From IMG/VR virus record IMGVR_UViG_3300021255_002536, positions 37,138 to 101,137 of that record: a DNA stretch of 64,000 nucleotides. One strand, given 5' to 3'. Every line of letters starts with the position of its first letter. Position 1 is the first letter of the stretch. The position numbers and the translations under genes were made by a program. The notes below the pieces were generated by a model. It searched no databases. It was given only the letters and a program-made list of their open reading frames with translations, and had not been told where the DNA came from. Origin of the DNA: a virus (Duplodnaviria > Caudoviricetes). This document shows, in pieces, positions 37,328 to 47,875 of the stretch.

Positions 37328-37608
37328 TGGCAAAGATACATTTCATTCAGGCAATCGAGATACCCGACACGATAAGCCCGACGATATTCAATCTGGATGT
37401 TGTGGAAGCGTGTCATAAACTCAAAAACGGCGAAGTGCTCTATGAACTACGCGAAAAGCAGCTATACCCCAACGGCGAACGCAGGCCCATCGGAGGAACT
37501 TTCGTTAAGAGTGGTCAGATGCTCTGCCAGGACACCGAAGGCTGGTGGCACGGACTATCAAAGGAACATTATCAAACAATTATTGATTCATATACTTATG
37601 AACATTGA
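37327..37608 (+). CDS. Hypothetical protein
   Basis: Start MAKIHF overlaps the previous stop. Confidence 0.6.
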   Translation: MAKIHFIQAIEIPDTISPTIFNLDVVEACHKLKNGEVLYELREKQLYPNGERRPIGGTFVKSGQMLCQDTEGWWHGLSKEHYQTIIDSYTYEH

Positions 37609-37870
37609 GACATTAGAAGCTGCAAACAACCTCAATAGAGCGATTTGCGACAGAAACTTAGCGATTGAACGTATTGGTGTAACCCTTCAGCGCATGAAGG
37701 AAGAGGGTTACGTGGTGATTGTTGACAGTTACCCTACTGACAATCCAGAACACCACAACCCGATAGATCAGTTGGCACTACTGCCAGAACTGCGTGAGGC
37801 CCTGCAAAAGGCTCAGGTACGACTCCGCTATGAAGTAACCGAACTGAAGAAAGAGTTTGAGAAATTATAA
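37598..37870 (+). CDS. Hypothetical protein
   Basis: Start taken at MNIETLE. Confidence 0.6.
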   Translation: MNIETLEAANNLNRAICDRNLAIERIGVTLQRMKEEGYVVIVDSYPTDNPEHHNPIDQLALLPELREALQKAQVRLRYEVTELKKEFEKL

Positions 37871-38115
37871 TGAAGATAATCACTCCACTCACACCAAAGC
37901 CGATAGAGGCCGGTAGCGAACCACCAACGATTAATATCGCAGAGGTGGAACGTATGCCGCTTTCGCTCGACGATCTGACTCCTGGTGATGCCATTTACTC
38001 AGACGATGGTAAAATGGCCGTCATCCGCAAAGTGACTGCCTCCGGTGTCTATGTCTATATCGACGGCATGCGTGACGTGATTATGGAGTGCCAACTTCAC
38101 CACTGGTTTTTATAA
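37870..38115 (+). CDS. Hypothetical protein
   Basis: 81-aa ORF. Confidence 0.6.
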   Translation: MKIITPLTPKPIEAGSEPPTINIAEVERMPLSLDDLTPGDAIYSDDGKMAVIRKVTASGVYVYIDGMRDVIMECQLHHWFL

Positions 38116-38124
38116 CGATAAATT

Positions 38125-38376
38125 ATGGAGCAAATAATTCATCACATTATGCCGGAAAGAATTAAATACAAAATCTCTTGGGATAGTTCCCTTACCCCAT
38201 GTCCGCACGGCATGATGGCCACATGCTTCAACTGTAAGATTAAGAAGCCTACCTTGGTACATGTCGGTGCATGGATTGAAAAGGATTGCCCCTACTATGG
38301 TGGTATCGACGAAAAGTCCCACGAAGTAATTTGTAACTACGATCCGAACGGAATAAAAGAATATAATTCACGATGA
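38125..38376 (+). CDS. Cys-rich hypothetical protein
   Basis: 83-aa ORF. Confidence 0.6.
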   Translation: MEQIIHHIMPERIKYKISWDSSLTPCPHGMMATCFNCKIKKPTLVHVGAWIEKDCPYYGGIDEKSHEVICNYDPNGIKEYNSR

Positions 38377-38600
38377 AAATCTATTTATACGACCTTGGAC
38401 TGGATTCAGAATATGCCAGAGAGATACATGCCGACGAAGCGCCACAGGAAGGCGAGGAAGTCATTGTGTTCGATGGTGAGTTTAAGACCTACACCGTAGA
38501 GAAACGTATCTATGGTGTGAATATCGGGGAAAAGAGTGGCTGCTGGAACATCTACCTCCGTCAAAAAGAACCAGGCTACCAAGCCGCAAGAGATAAATAA
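38373..38600 (+). CDS. Hypothetical protein
   Basis: 75-aa ORF. Confidence 0.6.
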   Translation: MKIYLYDLGLDSEYAREIHADEAPQEGEEVIVFDGEFKTYTVEKRIYGVNIGEKSGCWNIYLRQKEPGYQAARDK

Positions 38601-38619
38601 TTCATTAATTCATAAAGTT

Positions 38620-39183
38620 ATGAAGAAACTCGGAAACATATTATTCTATACACTCAACACCTTCTTTATTGGGGGACTGTTAGCCTTCGCCATAATCTTC
38701 TGGATGATGGGCGACAGGTTTCATGCTATCATCGATGCACTCTACCTGTTAATCATCGTCGAAATGTTCTACCTCCGTCGCAAATGTAAACTCCTTCAGA
38801 AGGATAACGAATCTCTCCTGGAAGGTGGCATAGTACTGGTAGAACAGAATGCCAAACTGACGGAACGACTCAATAAAATGCAAGATCCATTCCGCTACAA
38901 TGCGGAGATTCAGATTAATGGTCAGCACGTCCGTATGAAAACCATCAGAAGCACCATGCGAAGAGATAAGTCATTCCTAATGGGCTTCGACGAAATGGAG
39001 CGTAACCGTCGCCTTCACTACATGGAAACAGTTGCCAAACAAGACCTGATGGAAAGTATCTTTGACACCGAACTGGTAGAGATACGCCAGAACTTCGACG
39101 CTATCCACGAGGACACCGTGACCGCTGAAATCATCGTCGGTGTAAAGAGCGACAAACCCATTGATGAAATCATTAAATCATAA
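38620..39183 (+). CDS. Membrane-anchored hypothetical protein
   Basis: Start MKKLGN; two N-terminal hydrophobic helices. Confidence 0.65.
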   Translation: MKKLGNILFYTLNTFFIGGLLAFAIIFWMMGDRFHAIIDALYLLIIVEMFYLRRKCKLLQKDNESLLEGGIVLVEQNAKLTERLNKMQDPFRYNAEIQINGQHVRMKTIRSTMRRDKSFLMGFDEMERNRRLHYMETVAKQDLMESIFDTELVEIRQNFDAIHEDTVTAEIIVGVKSDKPIDEIIKS

Positions 39184-39187
39184 ATTT

Positions 39188-39601
39188 ATGAACAATAAAG
39201 AAGCTGCACAGATTATCAGAACTGCTGTTCTGAAAGAGGAAGGAAAGAACGAGTATAGCGACCAGGATATAAAGATTGCTCTGGAGATAGCTGCTGAACT
39301 GCTCGATAGTCATCCCGAACACAAGATTATCAGTCGGGAGGAATATAAGAAACTGGCGCGTGTCGGCATACTGAATACCAGTGTACGGGCCTACAATCGT
39401 GGCAATAGCGACTACAGCCAGCATGTCATTCAGCCCTGGTCGATATGGATTGACTGGAACCTGAACCCATGGGATGCCGACATCGTAAAGCGCGTGCTCC
39501 GTACCAAACAGGGTGAAAGCCGTCTGCTCGACTACGAGAAGATCATCCATATCTGCGAAGAGCGCATCCGTCAAATCAACTGCGAACACGAACAGGAGTA
39601 A
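39188..39601 (+). CDS. DUF3310-like protein
   Basis: N.G.SDY..H.IQPW.IW....LNPWDADIVKRVLR.K......DYEKIIH. Confidence 0.65.
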   Translation: MNNKEAAQIIRTAVLKEEGKNEYSDQDIKIALEIAAELLDSHPEHKIISREEYKKLARVGILNTSVRAYNRGNSDYSQHVIQPWSIWIDWNLNPWDADIVKRVLRTKQGESRLLDYEKIIHICEERIRQINCEHEQE

Positions 39602-40104
39602 TGAGCCACATTACTATATATAATAAAGAGACAGGGGCAAAGGTAGGCGAATGCGAAGGCAGCCTGACTACGCACATTCCACCGGAGGAACCACAGCCGA
39701 AGGTGCAGCGCGTTTGCATCACGGCTGAAGGTACGGTGAAGGCAGATGCCAACTGTCCGGTGGCTCGACGTATCAAGAGCATGGAGGCATGGCGACGTAA
39801 GCAAATAAAGAAGATGCTCTGGTACGTCACCCATGGCCATGATATAGCTCTACACGTCACAGTGGTCTATAAGGATAGCATTCAGCATGAACAGCTCTTT
39901 ATCATCGACCGTCCACGTCACCTGAAAGCGATGCTTCGCCAACTGCGTTTCATTCCGGAATGGGAGCCATTACAACTAATGCGCATTCCACGCTATAGAC
40001 CCAATCCTGCATGGGAGCGTATCTTTGGCGATAATAAGGATCTGATAGAGACCACAAAGATTCTCCTGAAGAAATTAGAAGTAGATTCAAGGTTATACGA
40101 ATAA
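39601..40104 (+). CDS. Hypothetical protein
   Basis: 167-aa ORF. Confidence 0.65.
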   Translation: MSHITIYNKETGAKVGECEGSLTTHIPPEEPQPKVQRVCITAEGTVKADANCPVARRIKSMEAWRRKQIKKMLWYVTHGHDIALHVTVVYKDSIQHEQLFIIDRPRHLKAMLRQLRFIPEWEPLQLMRIPRYRPNPAWERIFGDNKDLIETTKILLKKLEVDSRLYE

Positions 40105-40123
40105 TTCATTAATTCATAAGTTC

Positions 40124-40621
40124 ATGTTAGAATACTCAATAAACGTCCGAGAAGATGGCAGTGCAGTAATTACCAGGGACAAATGGAATAAAGAAGAGGA
40201 CTACGCCATAACGAGCGTAAAGCCATTCCTCTTTGAGGTTGGTCAGAAGGTCGTCGATATCTTTAGCAATGTCGTGACCATCAAACAGATTTTCAAATAC
40301 CCACCATCAAAGCCAGGCTGCTGTCCTGAATGGAATGTTACCGTTCTGGAAAACGGTAACACCTATCGCTATACTGAGATAGCAGGTATCTTTGTACGTG
40401 AGATCTCAAAAGAGGAACTACCCGCTATCATTTCCGGTCTGCATTTCGATACAGAAAAAGGAACCGATGGCAGTGAGTTGATAGTTCCTGACCGTCCTAA
40501 CCGTGCTTTCAAAATGCGCGTGAAAGAACTGCTTCGCATGTACGGCGAAAGTAGTACCGCCAACATCCATGAGATATATGCTGCATTAGAACATCTTAGA
40601 CACATGATTAATCCGAAATAA
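40124..40621 (+). CDS. Hypothetical protein
   Basis: 165-aa ORF. Confidence 0.65.
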   Translation: MLEYSINVREDGSAVITRDKWNKEEDYAITSVKPFLFEVGQKVVDIFSNVVTIKQIFKYPPSKPGCCPEWNVTVLENGNTYRYTEIAGIFVREISKEELPAIISGLHFDTEKGTDGSELIVPDRPNRAFKMRVKELLRMYGESSTANIHEIYAALEHLRHMINPK

Positions 40622-40622
40622 C

Positions 40623-40853
40623 ATGGCAAAAGAAGAAATCATCGTACCAAAGGAACTGGAAGAGGACATTGAGCATGTGGCCAACGGAGAGTGGCACATG
40701 ATAGAGGCAAAAGGCATCAAGAGAGGGAACCAACATAAAGGTTTCCACACCGTTTGTCTTATGGAGCAAGAGGAGTTCAAAACCTTTGTGAAGAGACTCT
40801 TATCCACTGGTTTCAAAGCCGGAATAGAATACGCAAAGAAACAGATAAAATGA
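40623..40853 (+). CDS. Hypothetical protein
   Basis: 76-aa ORF. Confidence 0.6.
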   Translation: MAKEEIIVPKELEEDIEHVANGEWHMIEAKGIKRGNQHKGFHTVCLMEQEEFKTFVKRLLSTGFKAGIEYAKKQIK

Positions 40854-41329
40854 AACGAATCAATAAATTCAGAGGGAAAACGCCTGATGGTAAATGGGTA
40901 TATGGCTCACTTATCCAGGACACAACAGATCGAGGCAGACTTGTAACCTTTATTGTTCCAGACTTACCAAGTGACTGCAAAGCAGGAAACTTATGGACTG
41001 CAAAAATGTTTAAGGTTGACAAAAATAGTGTAGGCCAGTTTACTGGCTGCTTAGATAAGCACGGAAATGAAGTTTACGAGGGCGATATTGTGGATGCTTG
41101 GAGTGCTGGAAGCCATTGCACTCATGGACTGATACGTTTCTCCTGTTGCGGTTTCTATATTCTTCTTAATGGAGATAACGGGCCATTAGGCCCATGGAAC
41201 CTTGCACCAAGCCAGTACACCAATTTAGATGAACATCTGGAAATCGTCGGCAATGTTATCGACAATCCCGAACTGGTTGCAGGCTACCTGAAATGGTGTA
41301 CGGAGCGTAAAGAAAGTTGGTTTGATTAA
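40850..41329 (+). CDS. YopX family protein
   Basis: KFRGK..DGKWVYGSL, VGQFTGCLDKHGNEVYEGDIV, EIVGNVIDNPEL. Confidence 0.88.
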   Translation: MKRINKFRGKTPDGKWVYGSLIQDTTDRGRLVTFIVPDLPSDCKAGNLWTAKMFKVDKNSVGQFTGCLDKHGNEVYEGDIVDAWSAGSHCTHGLIRFSCCGFYILLNGDNGPLGPWNLAPSQYTNLDEHLEIVGNVIDNPELVAGYLKWCTERKESWFD

Positions 41330-41348
41330 TTCATCAATTCATAAAGTT

Positions 41349-42164
41349 ATGATAACACTTGAACAATTAAAGGCACGCCTCATTGATCCTGATACAGAGG
41401 CGATGATGAACCGGACAATGGAACTGGCTCAACATAATATCTTTGTTTATCAATCGCGCATGAATGGCGACGAAGAGAGGAACCTCTGCATCCACGATAT
41501 GACACACAATGGCAACGAACCCAAAAGCAACGAGCAAATGCTGAACGATGCCAGGATGTATATCGAAAAACAGGTATATACTGATGAACAGTGGGAACAG
41601 TTCTTTATCCCAGCCATTAATAAAATGATAAAGTACAACGATGAGTTTGTACGATGGATGCCTGGTTATGTCATCAAAGAAAAGGGTAGCAATAAGAGAT
41701 ACATCGTTTTCTATGACTATGCCCTGGCATACAGCCATCTGTGCGGAAGAAAATGCAGAGACTACACCAGCCTTTGCCTCGGCAGACTGGATGATACCGG
41801 CGAGATAGACATGTCGTGGTCTTGGGCTGGGTACAACAACTACGAGTTGATAGACAAAGATCATGCAAATAGTAACATCGAAGTTATACGCAGATATCTC
41901 AGAGATAAGAAATTCCCGTCTAATCTCAGTGTGGATTTAATTCGACTGCTATACGTTACCAATCCACAAGAGGAAACTATAGTCAACAGAGAAAACGAAG
42001 TTAGCATTACCATCAAAGGAGAGACGCATGTATTAGTACACAATCCAGAAAGAGAAAGTTGTAAATTATGTTCATTAGATAAACTCTGTGACCAATTCAA
42101 GGATGCCATCTGTAATGTGTTGGCTGGAAATAGTGATTCACATATATTCAAGAAAATAAATTGA
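41349..42164 (+). CDS. Hypothetical protein
   Basis: Start taken at MITLEQL; C-terminal CxxC cluster. Confidence 0.65.
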   Translation: MITLEQLKARLIDPDTEAMMNRTMELAQHNIFVYQSRMNGDEERNLCIHDMTHNGNEPKSNEQMLNDARMYIEKQVYTDEQWEQFFIPAINKMIKYNDEFVRWMPGYVIKEKGSNKRYIVFYDYALAYSHLCGRKCRDYTSLCLGRLDDTGEIDMSWSWAGYNNYELIDKDHANSNIEVIRRYLRDKKFPSNLSVDLIRLLYVTNPQEETIVNRENEVSITIKGETHVLVHNPERESCKLCSLDKLCDQFKDAICNVLAGNSDSHIFKKIN

Positions 42165-42165
42165 A

Positions 42166-42555
42166 ATGACGACAGCACAAGAGGATAAAATCATCAACCA
42201 GGCGCGTGAGATCTTAGAGCGACGCGAGGACGAACGCGCAAAGCTATTTGCCGTTGAGCACGAGATTAAAATCAACGTACAGCGGTTGGCCATGTATGCC
42301 TCCTACTATCAGGGCGCACGTATGATTGGTGTGAAAGTGCTCGAAGGCATCCAGAACCGTAAACCAAAGGGCGACGATTGGGTGTATCTCGAAGCAGAGT
42401 GGCGACTATATACTGAGTCTGTCCGCAACATGCAGCTTTACATGGATGGCTACGAAGTCCGCTACCGCAACCACCAGAAAGATAAGCGCGGTAAACTCAT
42501 CCGCTGTGAGGCATACTTCGTTGAGCGTCGCACAATATTTACAGAAAAGAAATAA
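42166..42555 (+). CDS. Hypothetical protein
   Basis: 129-aa ORF. Confidence 0.65.
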   Translation: MTTAQEDKIINQAREILERREDERAKLFAVEHEIKINVQRLAMYASYYQGARMIGVKVLEGIQNRKPKGDDWVYLEAEWRLYTESVRNMQLYMDGYEVRYRNHQKDKRGKLIRCEAYFVERRTIFTEKK

Positions 42556-42576
42556 TTCATTAATTCAAGCAACAGA

Positions 42577-43062
42577 ATGAAGAAACAAAAGCGCGAACTA
42601 CCCAGCGGCATGCTGACCTATAAGGAACCGACAAAGCCGCGTCGATGGCCCAGAAAGTTAAAAAAGGCCATTAAGCATTGCCGTGTGGTAGAGGACAAAG
42701 ATAACCCTCAGTTTGAGGTACATGCAGAAGTGCTGGGCAGCGAGGTTGATTTTAAATTCTCCGTCGTTACTCTCAATGGCTACCCTCACACCAAATGGGT
42801 ATGGAAAGCCACCTTTATGGCCAACAAACTCATCAAAGAGCAAGCGATGGGTATGGTGAAGTTCCTCTCCTATTGTAAAAAGCCTGACGTTTCCAAACGT
42901 GCAGCCGACATGATAAAAAAGCAGGAGATAGTGATTGACAAAGAATCCCGTGAGCGATTGTTCAAAGAACTTTCTCGTTACCACTACGGTGCAAGTCCAG
43001 TCGTGCATGTAAAAGGTATCAATGTCGATGCCATCCTCAAAGTCTGGTCACAACTTAAATAA
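42577..43062 (+). CDS. Hypothetical basic protein
   Basis: 161-aa ORF. Confidence 0.65.
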   Translation: MKKQKRELPSGMLTYKEPTKPRRWPRKLKKAIKHCRVVEDKDNPQFEVHAEVLGSEVDFKFSVVTLNGYPHTKWVWKATFMANKLIKEQAMGMVKFLSYCKKPDVSKRAADMIKKQEIVIDKESRERLFKELSRYHYGASPVVHVKGINVDAILKVWSQLK

Positions 43063-43081
43063 TTCATAAATTCATAAATAT

Positions 43082-43504
43082 ATGAACACCTATCTGATGG
43101 ATGAATGCTTTAGGGCGAGGATGCAGCAGAAGAAAGAACTGTTTCCTATTGACAACTTCAGAGAAAAGTTGGTAGATGAATTTGCAAAACGGGGAATTGT
43201 GTTTATACAAGACACTGCTCTCCAAACAAAACTGTACGATGAGATAGAAATCGATGATAACTGCGGCATGATGTTCAATAGCCAGAAGAATCTCAATATC
43301 GCTATACGACTGTTACGCCGGTGGGGATTCAGCGTTACGACTATTGCAGCAACAGACGAACATCGCGGCTGCTATATCGTACAACTGCCTGACGCATATC
43401 TCCGCAATAAGATAAGTAAAGACAAACTCGGAATCATCCACACCGGCATCCGTAGTTATCACTCCAGAGACATAATGAAGAAACAATTATCAAAAAGATA
43501 TTAA
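43082..43504 (+). CDS. Hypothetical protein
   Basis: 140-aa ORF. Confidence 0.65.
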   Translation: MNTYLMDECFRARMQQKKELFPIDNFREKLVDEFAKRGIVFIQDTALQTKLYDEIEIDDNCGMMFNSQKNLNIAIRLLRRWGFSVTTIAATDEHRGCYIVQLPDAYLRNKISKDKLGIIHTGIRSYHSRDIMKKQLSKRY

Positions 43505-43505
43505 T

Positions 43506-43991
43506 ATGGCGAAATACGAACTGAGGACTACCGTATGGTACGAGGACAATGAGGAAGCGGCTGACGCAAAGCAGCAGCAGGCATACGTGGAGGATTGGGC
43601 GAAACTCCAGATAGAACACTGGCACCGATCGAAGGTACACTTGATAATCCGTGAAGGGAAAAAGACCCGTCGTTACACCTGCGATGTGGACGGTGGCCCG
43701 ACACACGGCACCGACATCCAACTGAAACGTCCCATCCATCAGTGGCCATGGATGAAGGTTACGGAACTGATGCCGGAGGAAGGTCAGAACGTCGTAATCT
43801 ATAACGATGAAGAGGATTTTATGAGCTTCGGCATGCTACGCCCAGCAGATGCAAATCCCTGCTATGGCGACAATGGCCCATTCTTCCACTGCTATACCAA
43901 CGACGGACAGGAGATAGGTTACTTCCAGGCCGAGTTTCCACATCTTTGGTGGCGCACAATAGAAAAACCCATTAACCCAAAACAATTATGA
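43506..43991 (+). CDS. Hypothetical protein with DUF551-like C-terminus
   Basis: W.KVTELMPEEGQNVVI...W..IEKP. Confidence 0.6.
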   Translation: MAKYELRTTVWYEDNEEAADAKQQQAYVEDWAKLQIEHWHRSKVHLIIREGKKTRRYTCDVDGGPTHGTDIQLKRPIHQWPWMKVTELMPEEGQNVVIYNDEEDFMSFGMLRPADANPCYGDNGPFFHCYTNDGQEIGYFQAEFPHLWWRTIEKPINPKQL

Positions 43992-44100
43992 AACAACTCA
44001 TTATTCAGGTCATACTCCTGGGCGTTTCCATCTTCGGGCTGGTGATGATGTATCTCTATGCCTACTACCAGGATCAAGACCGTAAAAACAGAAAAAAGCA

Positions 44101-44721
44101 ATGAAAGCAAGGTGCATTATAGGATTGGAAATCGATGGCGCAAGATTCGAGGTGGGACAGGTGTACGAGTTCGAATGGAAAGAGTTTTACGATGATACGC
44201 CCATCACAGGCGTAGAGTTGGCACGCGGCACCAAGCACCGACACATCAGATACGCTACAAAAAAGAATTGTGTCTTTGCCGGTAGGCCAGTACCAAGCAT
44301 TATATATTTCTTCGATAAGCAATATGTCGAACTGCATCCGAGGGATGAATTGGGTTTCAATACCCTACCATTCGAGGTATTCTTTCAAGAATTGCAGGAG
44401 GTGAAACAGGTGCCAGCGACACAGAGCACATTAGGCTCTATTCCGGATAGGATTATCTACCCCAACTTCAAACCCTCTTTCGAGGACATGGAGAAATGGA
44501 AGCACCAGGTACTAAATTATCCGAAGCCCTATAAGAAGCTGACGATAGAGGTGGAAATGACCTACCCTGCCTGCGACATCTACGACACAAAGGACACCTT
44601 CGAGTTCGTGGGCGAGAATATCATGGCCTGGCTCAATGCCAACCTCTCTGATGGCGACGACCGTCTGAAGATCTCTCGCCTCAGAGTCACTAACGATGGA
44701 AATACATTAGAAACGAAATGA
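44101..44721 (+). CDS. Hypothetical protein
   Basis: 206-aa ORF. Confidence 0.65.
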   Translation: MKARCIIGLEIDGARFEVGQVYEFEWKEFYDDTPITGVELARGTKHRHIRYATKKNCVFAGRPVPSIIYFFDKQYVELHPRDELGFNTLPFEVFFQELQEVKQVPATQSTLGSIPDRIIYPNFKPSFEDMEKWKHQVLNYPKPYKKLTIEVEMTYPACDIYDTKDTFEFVGENIMAWLNANLSDGDDRLKISRLRVTNDGNTLETK

Positions 44722-44856
44722 CAGATAAAGTAACACCACAACAGGTTAGGGCCATCAATCGCATGCTGCACGATCCGGAAAAGCATGCTCAGGCCCTCAT
44801 AGTCATGCGAGATATGCAACGACGCTTAGGCGAACAAATGGAAAAACGTAGAAGAA

Positions 44857-45451
44857 ATGAAGAATAAAGATTGGAGAGGCGGTAGGGCCTCGGTATTCAA
44901 GACGCTGGGAGCGAGTAACCACACAGACCACGAGCGAGCTCATGGTGACTACTACGCTACAGAACCCAAAGCAACAGAATGGTTGCTGAAACTGGAAAAG
45001 TTCAACGGCCCCATCCTGGAACCTGCATGTGGCGAGGGTCACATCAGTAAGGTATTAATCGGGGGGGTATTTTGTCGTTTCACGCGATCTTATCGATCGA
45101 GGCTATGGCGAGCAAGCCGATTTCCTCAGTATCGACAATCAACAGTGGGATGGCGACATCGTTACGAACCCTCCTTATGCCTACGCACAGGAGTTCGTCG
45201 AAAAGGCACTGGCAATCATCCCAGAGGGCCACAAGGTATGTATGTTCCTGAAACTCACATTTCTGGAAGGAAAGAAGCGCAAACACCTGTTTCAGACACA
45301 ACCACCAGCACGCATCTGGGTATCGTCATCCAGACTGCTATGTGCCATGAATGGCGAGTTTGACAAACTCAGTGGCAGCGCCACAGCTTACGCCTGGTTT
45401 GTCTGGGAAAAAGGTTACAAAGGGGACACAGTTATTAAATGGTTTAATTAA
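44857..45451 (+). pseudogene. DNA adenine methyltransferase, frameshifted at a G7 tract (45061-45067)
   Basis: Frame 0 gives DYYATEP...ILEPACGEGHI; +1 frame continues YFVVSRDLIDRGYG...DIVTNPPY...YAWFVWEKGY. Confidence 0.88.
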
Positions 45452-45470
45452 TTCATAAATTCATAAAACG

Positions 45471-45713
45471 ATGAAAGTAGTATTGATTCAAGGAATAGAC
45501 GATAGAAAATTCCGCATAGAGCCAGAAACCAGCGAGATTAAGAATCTGGACGGGCTTCAGGACTTGATAAAGGACACAGTATCGAAGGCACTGGATGCAG
45601 CAGATATGATTTGGAAACAATTCCCAGACTTCAAACAGATCACCCTCGATACCACCACCGATGATGAGCGCAAACTCATGGCCATGGCATCAAGAGCCAA
45701 AGGTGGAAACTAA
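45471..45713 (+). CDS. Hypothetical protein
   Basis: 80-aa ORF. Confidence 0.6.
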   Translation: MKVVLIQGIDDRKFRIEPETSEIKNLDGLQDLIKDTVSKALDAADMIWKQFPDFKQITLDTTTDDERKLMAMASRAKGGN

Positions 45714-45731
45714 CCACAAATTTCGCGAATT

Positions 45732-46851
45732 ATGAAAGTAGAAATAACATTAAAGGAAGCGTATGCGAGAGCCAGTAAGGGCCTGCGACATAAGATGGCA
45801 TATTCCATCCGTCTGTTGCAGAAGGCCGAGAAACTGGCGTTAGCCTACGATAGTAGGGGGGGGGTATTACCTGGCTTTCAGCGGGGGAAAAGACTCTCAG
45901 GCCCTCTATCATATCACTCAACTGGCAGGCGTACAATTCCAGGGACACATGAATCTTACTTCGGTAGATCCTCCAGAGGTCATCCGCTTCGTCAAAAAGC
46001 AATATCCGGAAGTGGAACTGATAAAACCCAAGGATAGCATCTACCATGTAGCCGTAAGAAAACAGCTGCTACCCACCAAGAAAGTTCGTTGGTGCTGTGA
46101 AGAATACAAGGAACATGCCGGAGCCGGTAAGGTCACTCTGATAGGCATTCGTCGGCAGGAAAGTTCAAGACGCAAGAAACGCAATGAAGTAGAGATCGAC
46201 AGCCGAAAGTTTAGCGGCGACCTCAAAGGTCTGGAGAAATACCGTAAGAAGAAACTGAAGGCGAAGGGCATCAATATCACCAATGCCACCGAGGAGCGCA
46301 CGGTAGGCTGCATCAGTGGCAAAGAAAGTCTGTTAATCTCTCCCCTACTCCATTGGACTGAGCGCGATGTATGGATATTCCTAAATAAAGTGATGCGAGT
46401 ACCACACTGCGAACTGTACGACCAGGGATTTCATCGTATCGGGTGCATCGGATGCCCGATGTCGAACTTCAAACAGAAGATGATAGAAAACCAACGATGG
46501 CCTCATGTCCGTCGCAACTGGATCCAGGCGATAATCGCCATCCGTTCGGGGGGGGTATTTCTCAAAATTCTTACAGACGGGAACCCTGTGGTACGGTATT
46601 GGAAAGAACTGGCAGCCGTTATCCGAACAAGACAATCAACGACTACGGGTATATCATGCACCCAGACCCGACACACTGGAAAGGGAAAGAGCGGGTTTTC
46701 TCCTGGCTCATCGTCTGACGGCTTGACTGATGAGCAAGAGCGCGAAATAGCCGAAAACATCTACGACTGGTGGATCAGTGGTAAGTCATACAAGAAATGG
46801 TATGCCGAGCGTTTCCTCCAGTACGAATTAGAATTTGACGGGTACATATAA
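45732..46851 (+). pseudogene. PAPS-reductase-family (PP-loop) protein, frameshifted at a G9 tract (45856-45864); second in-frame G8 at 46548-46555
   Basis: +1 frame after the tract reads YYLAFSGGKDSQ...RWCC...GIRRQES..R...RIGCIGCP. Confidence 0.88.
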
Positions 46852-46877
46852 ATTAAGACGATTCAAAACTGCTTAAT

Positions 46878-47875
46878 ATGCAAATAGGACTTGTGGACGT
46901 GGACGGACACGCCAAAAAGAAGAAATGGGGAGCCACGATTTACCCTAACCTCGCACTCGGAAAGATTGCGAGATACTGGCATAATAGGGGGGGCAAATCG
47001 AGTGGGCCACGCCCATGAAACACTATGATATTATCTACATGTCGAAGGTGTTCAACTTCACACCCGACGATACCTTTATCTATCAGGCCGACAAAATCAT
47101 CAAGGGAGGCACCGGCTACGACATCCACTCTACCCTACCCGATGAGATAGACCGGCTGCAACCACTCTACGACATCTATCCCAACGTACCGAAAGATACA
47201 GCCTACGGTTTCCTGACTCGCGGCTGTCCTAACAAATGCCGTTGGTGTGTGGTACCAAAGAAAGAGGGACTAATACGCCCATACATGGATGTGGACGAAA
47301 TAGCCATTGAGGGCCGTCGTAAACTGGTGCTGATGGATAACAACATTCTGGCTGCTGGTGACTACTGCTTGCAGCAACTACGCAAGATCATCGAACGAGG
47401 CTACCGTGTGGACTTCAACCAGGCACTCGATGCACGACTGGTAACGGATGAGATAGCACAGCTGCTGGCCAAGGTGAAGTGGCTCGATAACAACCGCATC
47501 CGTTTCGGTTGTGACACCCACTCCCAGATAGAAGAATGTGAGCGGGCGATGGCGATGATTAATAAGTACGGCTTCACAGGTCAGTATTTCCTTTATACTA
47601 TGCTCACCTCAGACTTCAGGGAGTGCTACGAGCGCATCGTACACTGGTGGCACCGTACACAAGAGACACGGGCTGCACACGAAGGCCGCTACGTCTATCC
47701 ACATGCCCAACCCTACCGTGACCCAAACAATCCCCACCACATCATTCCGCAATGGCAGAAAGATATGGCGGGATGGGTGAACAAAAAGGCGCACTTCGTC
47801 GCCCATTCGTTTGAGGAGTTTGAACCACGCAAGGGATTCAGATGCCGACAGTACCTTCAGGACTTCGGCCTATAA
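46878..47875 (+). pseudogene. Radical SAM protein, frameshifted at a G7 tract (46987-46993)
   Basis: MQIGLVDVDGH...YPNLALGKIA then -1 frame QIEWA...GGTGYD...TRGCPNKCRWC..P.KEG...DNNIL...DFNQ.LDARL. Confidence 0.88.
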
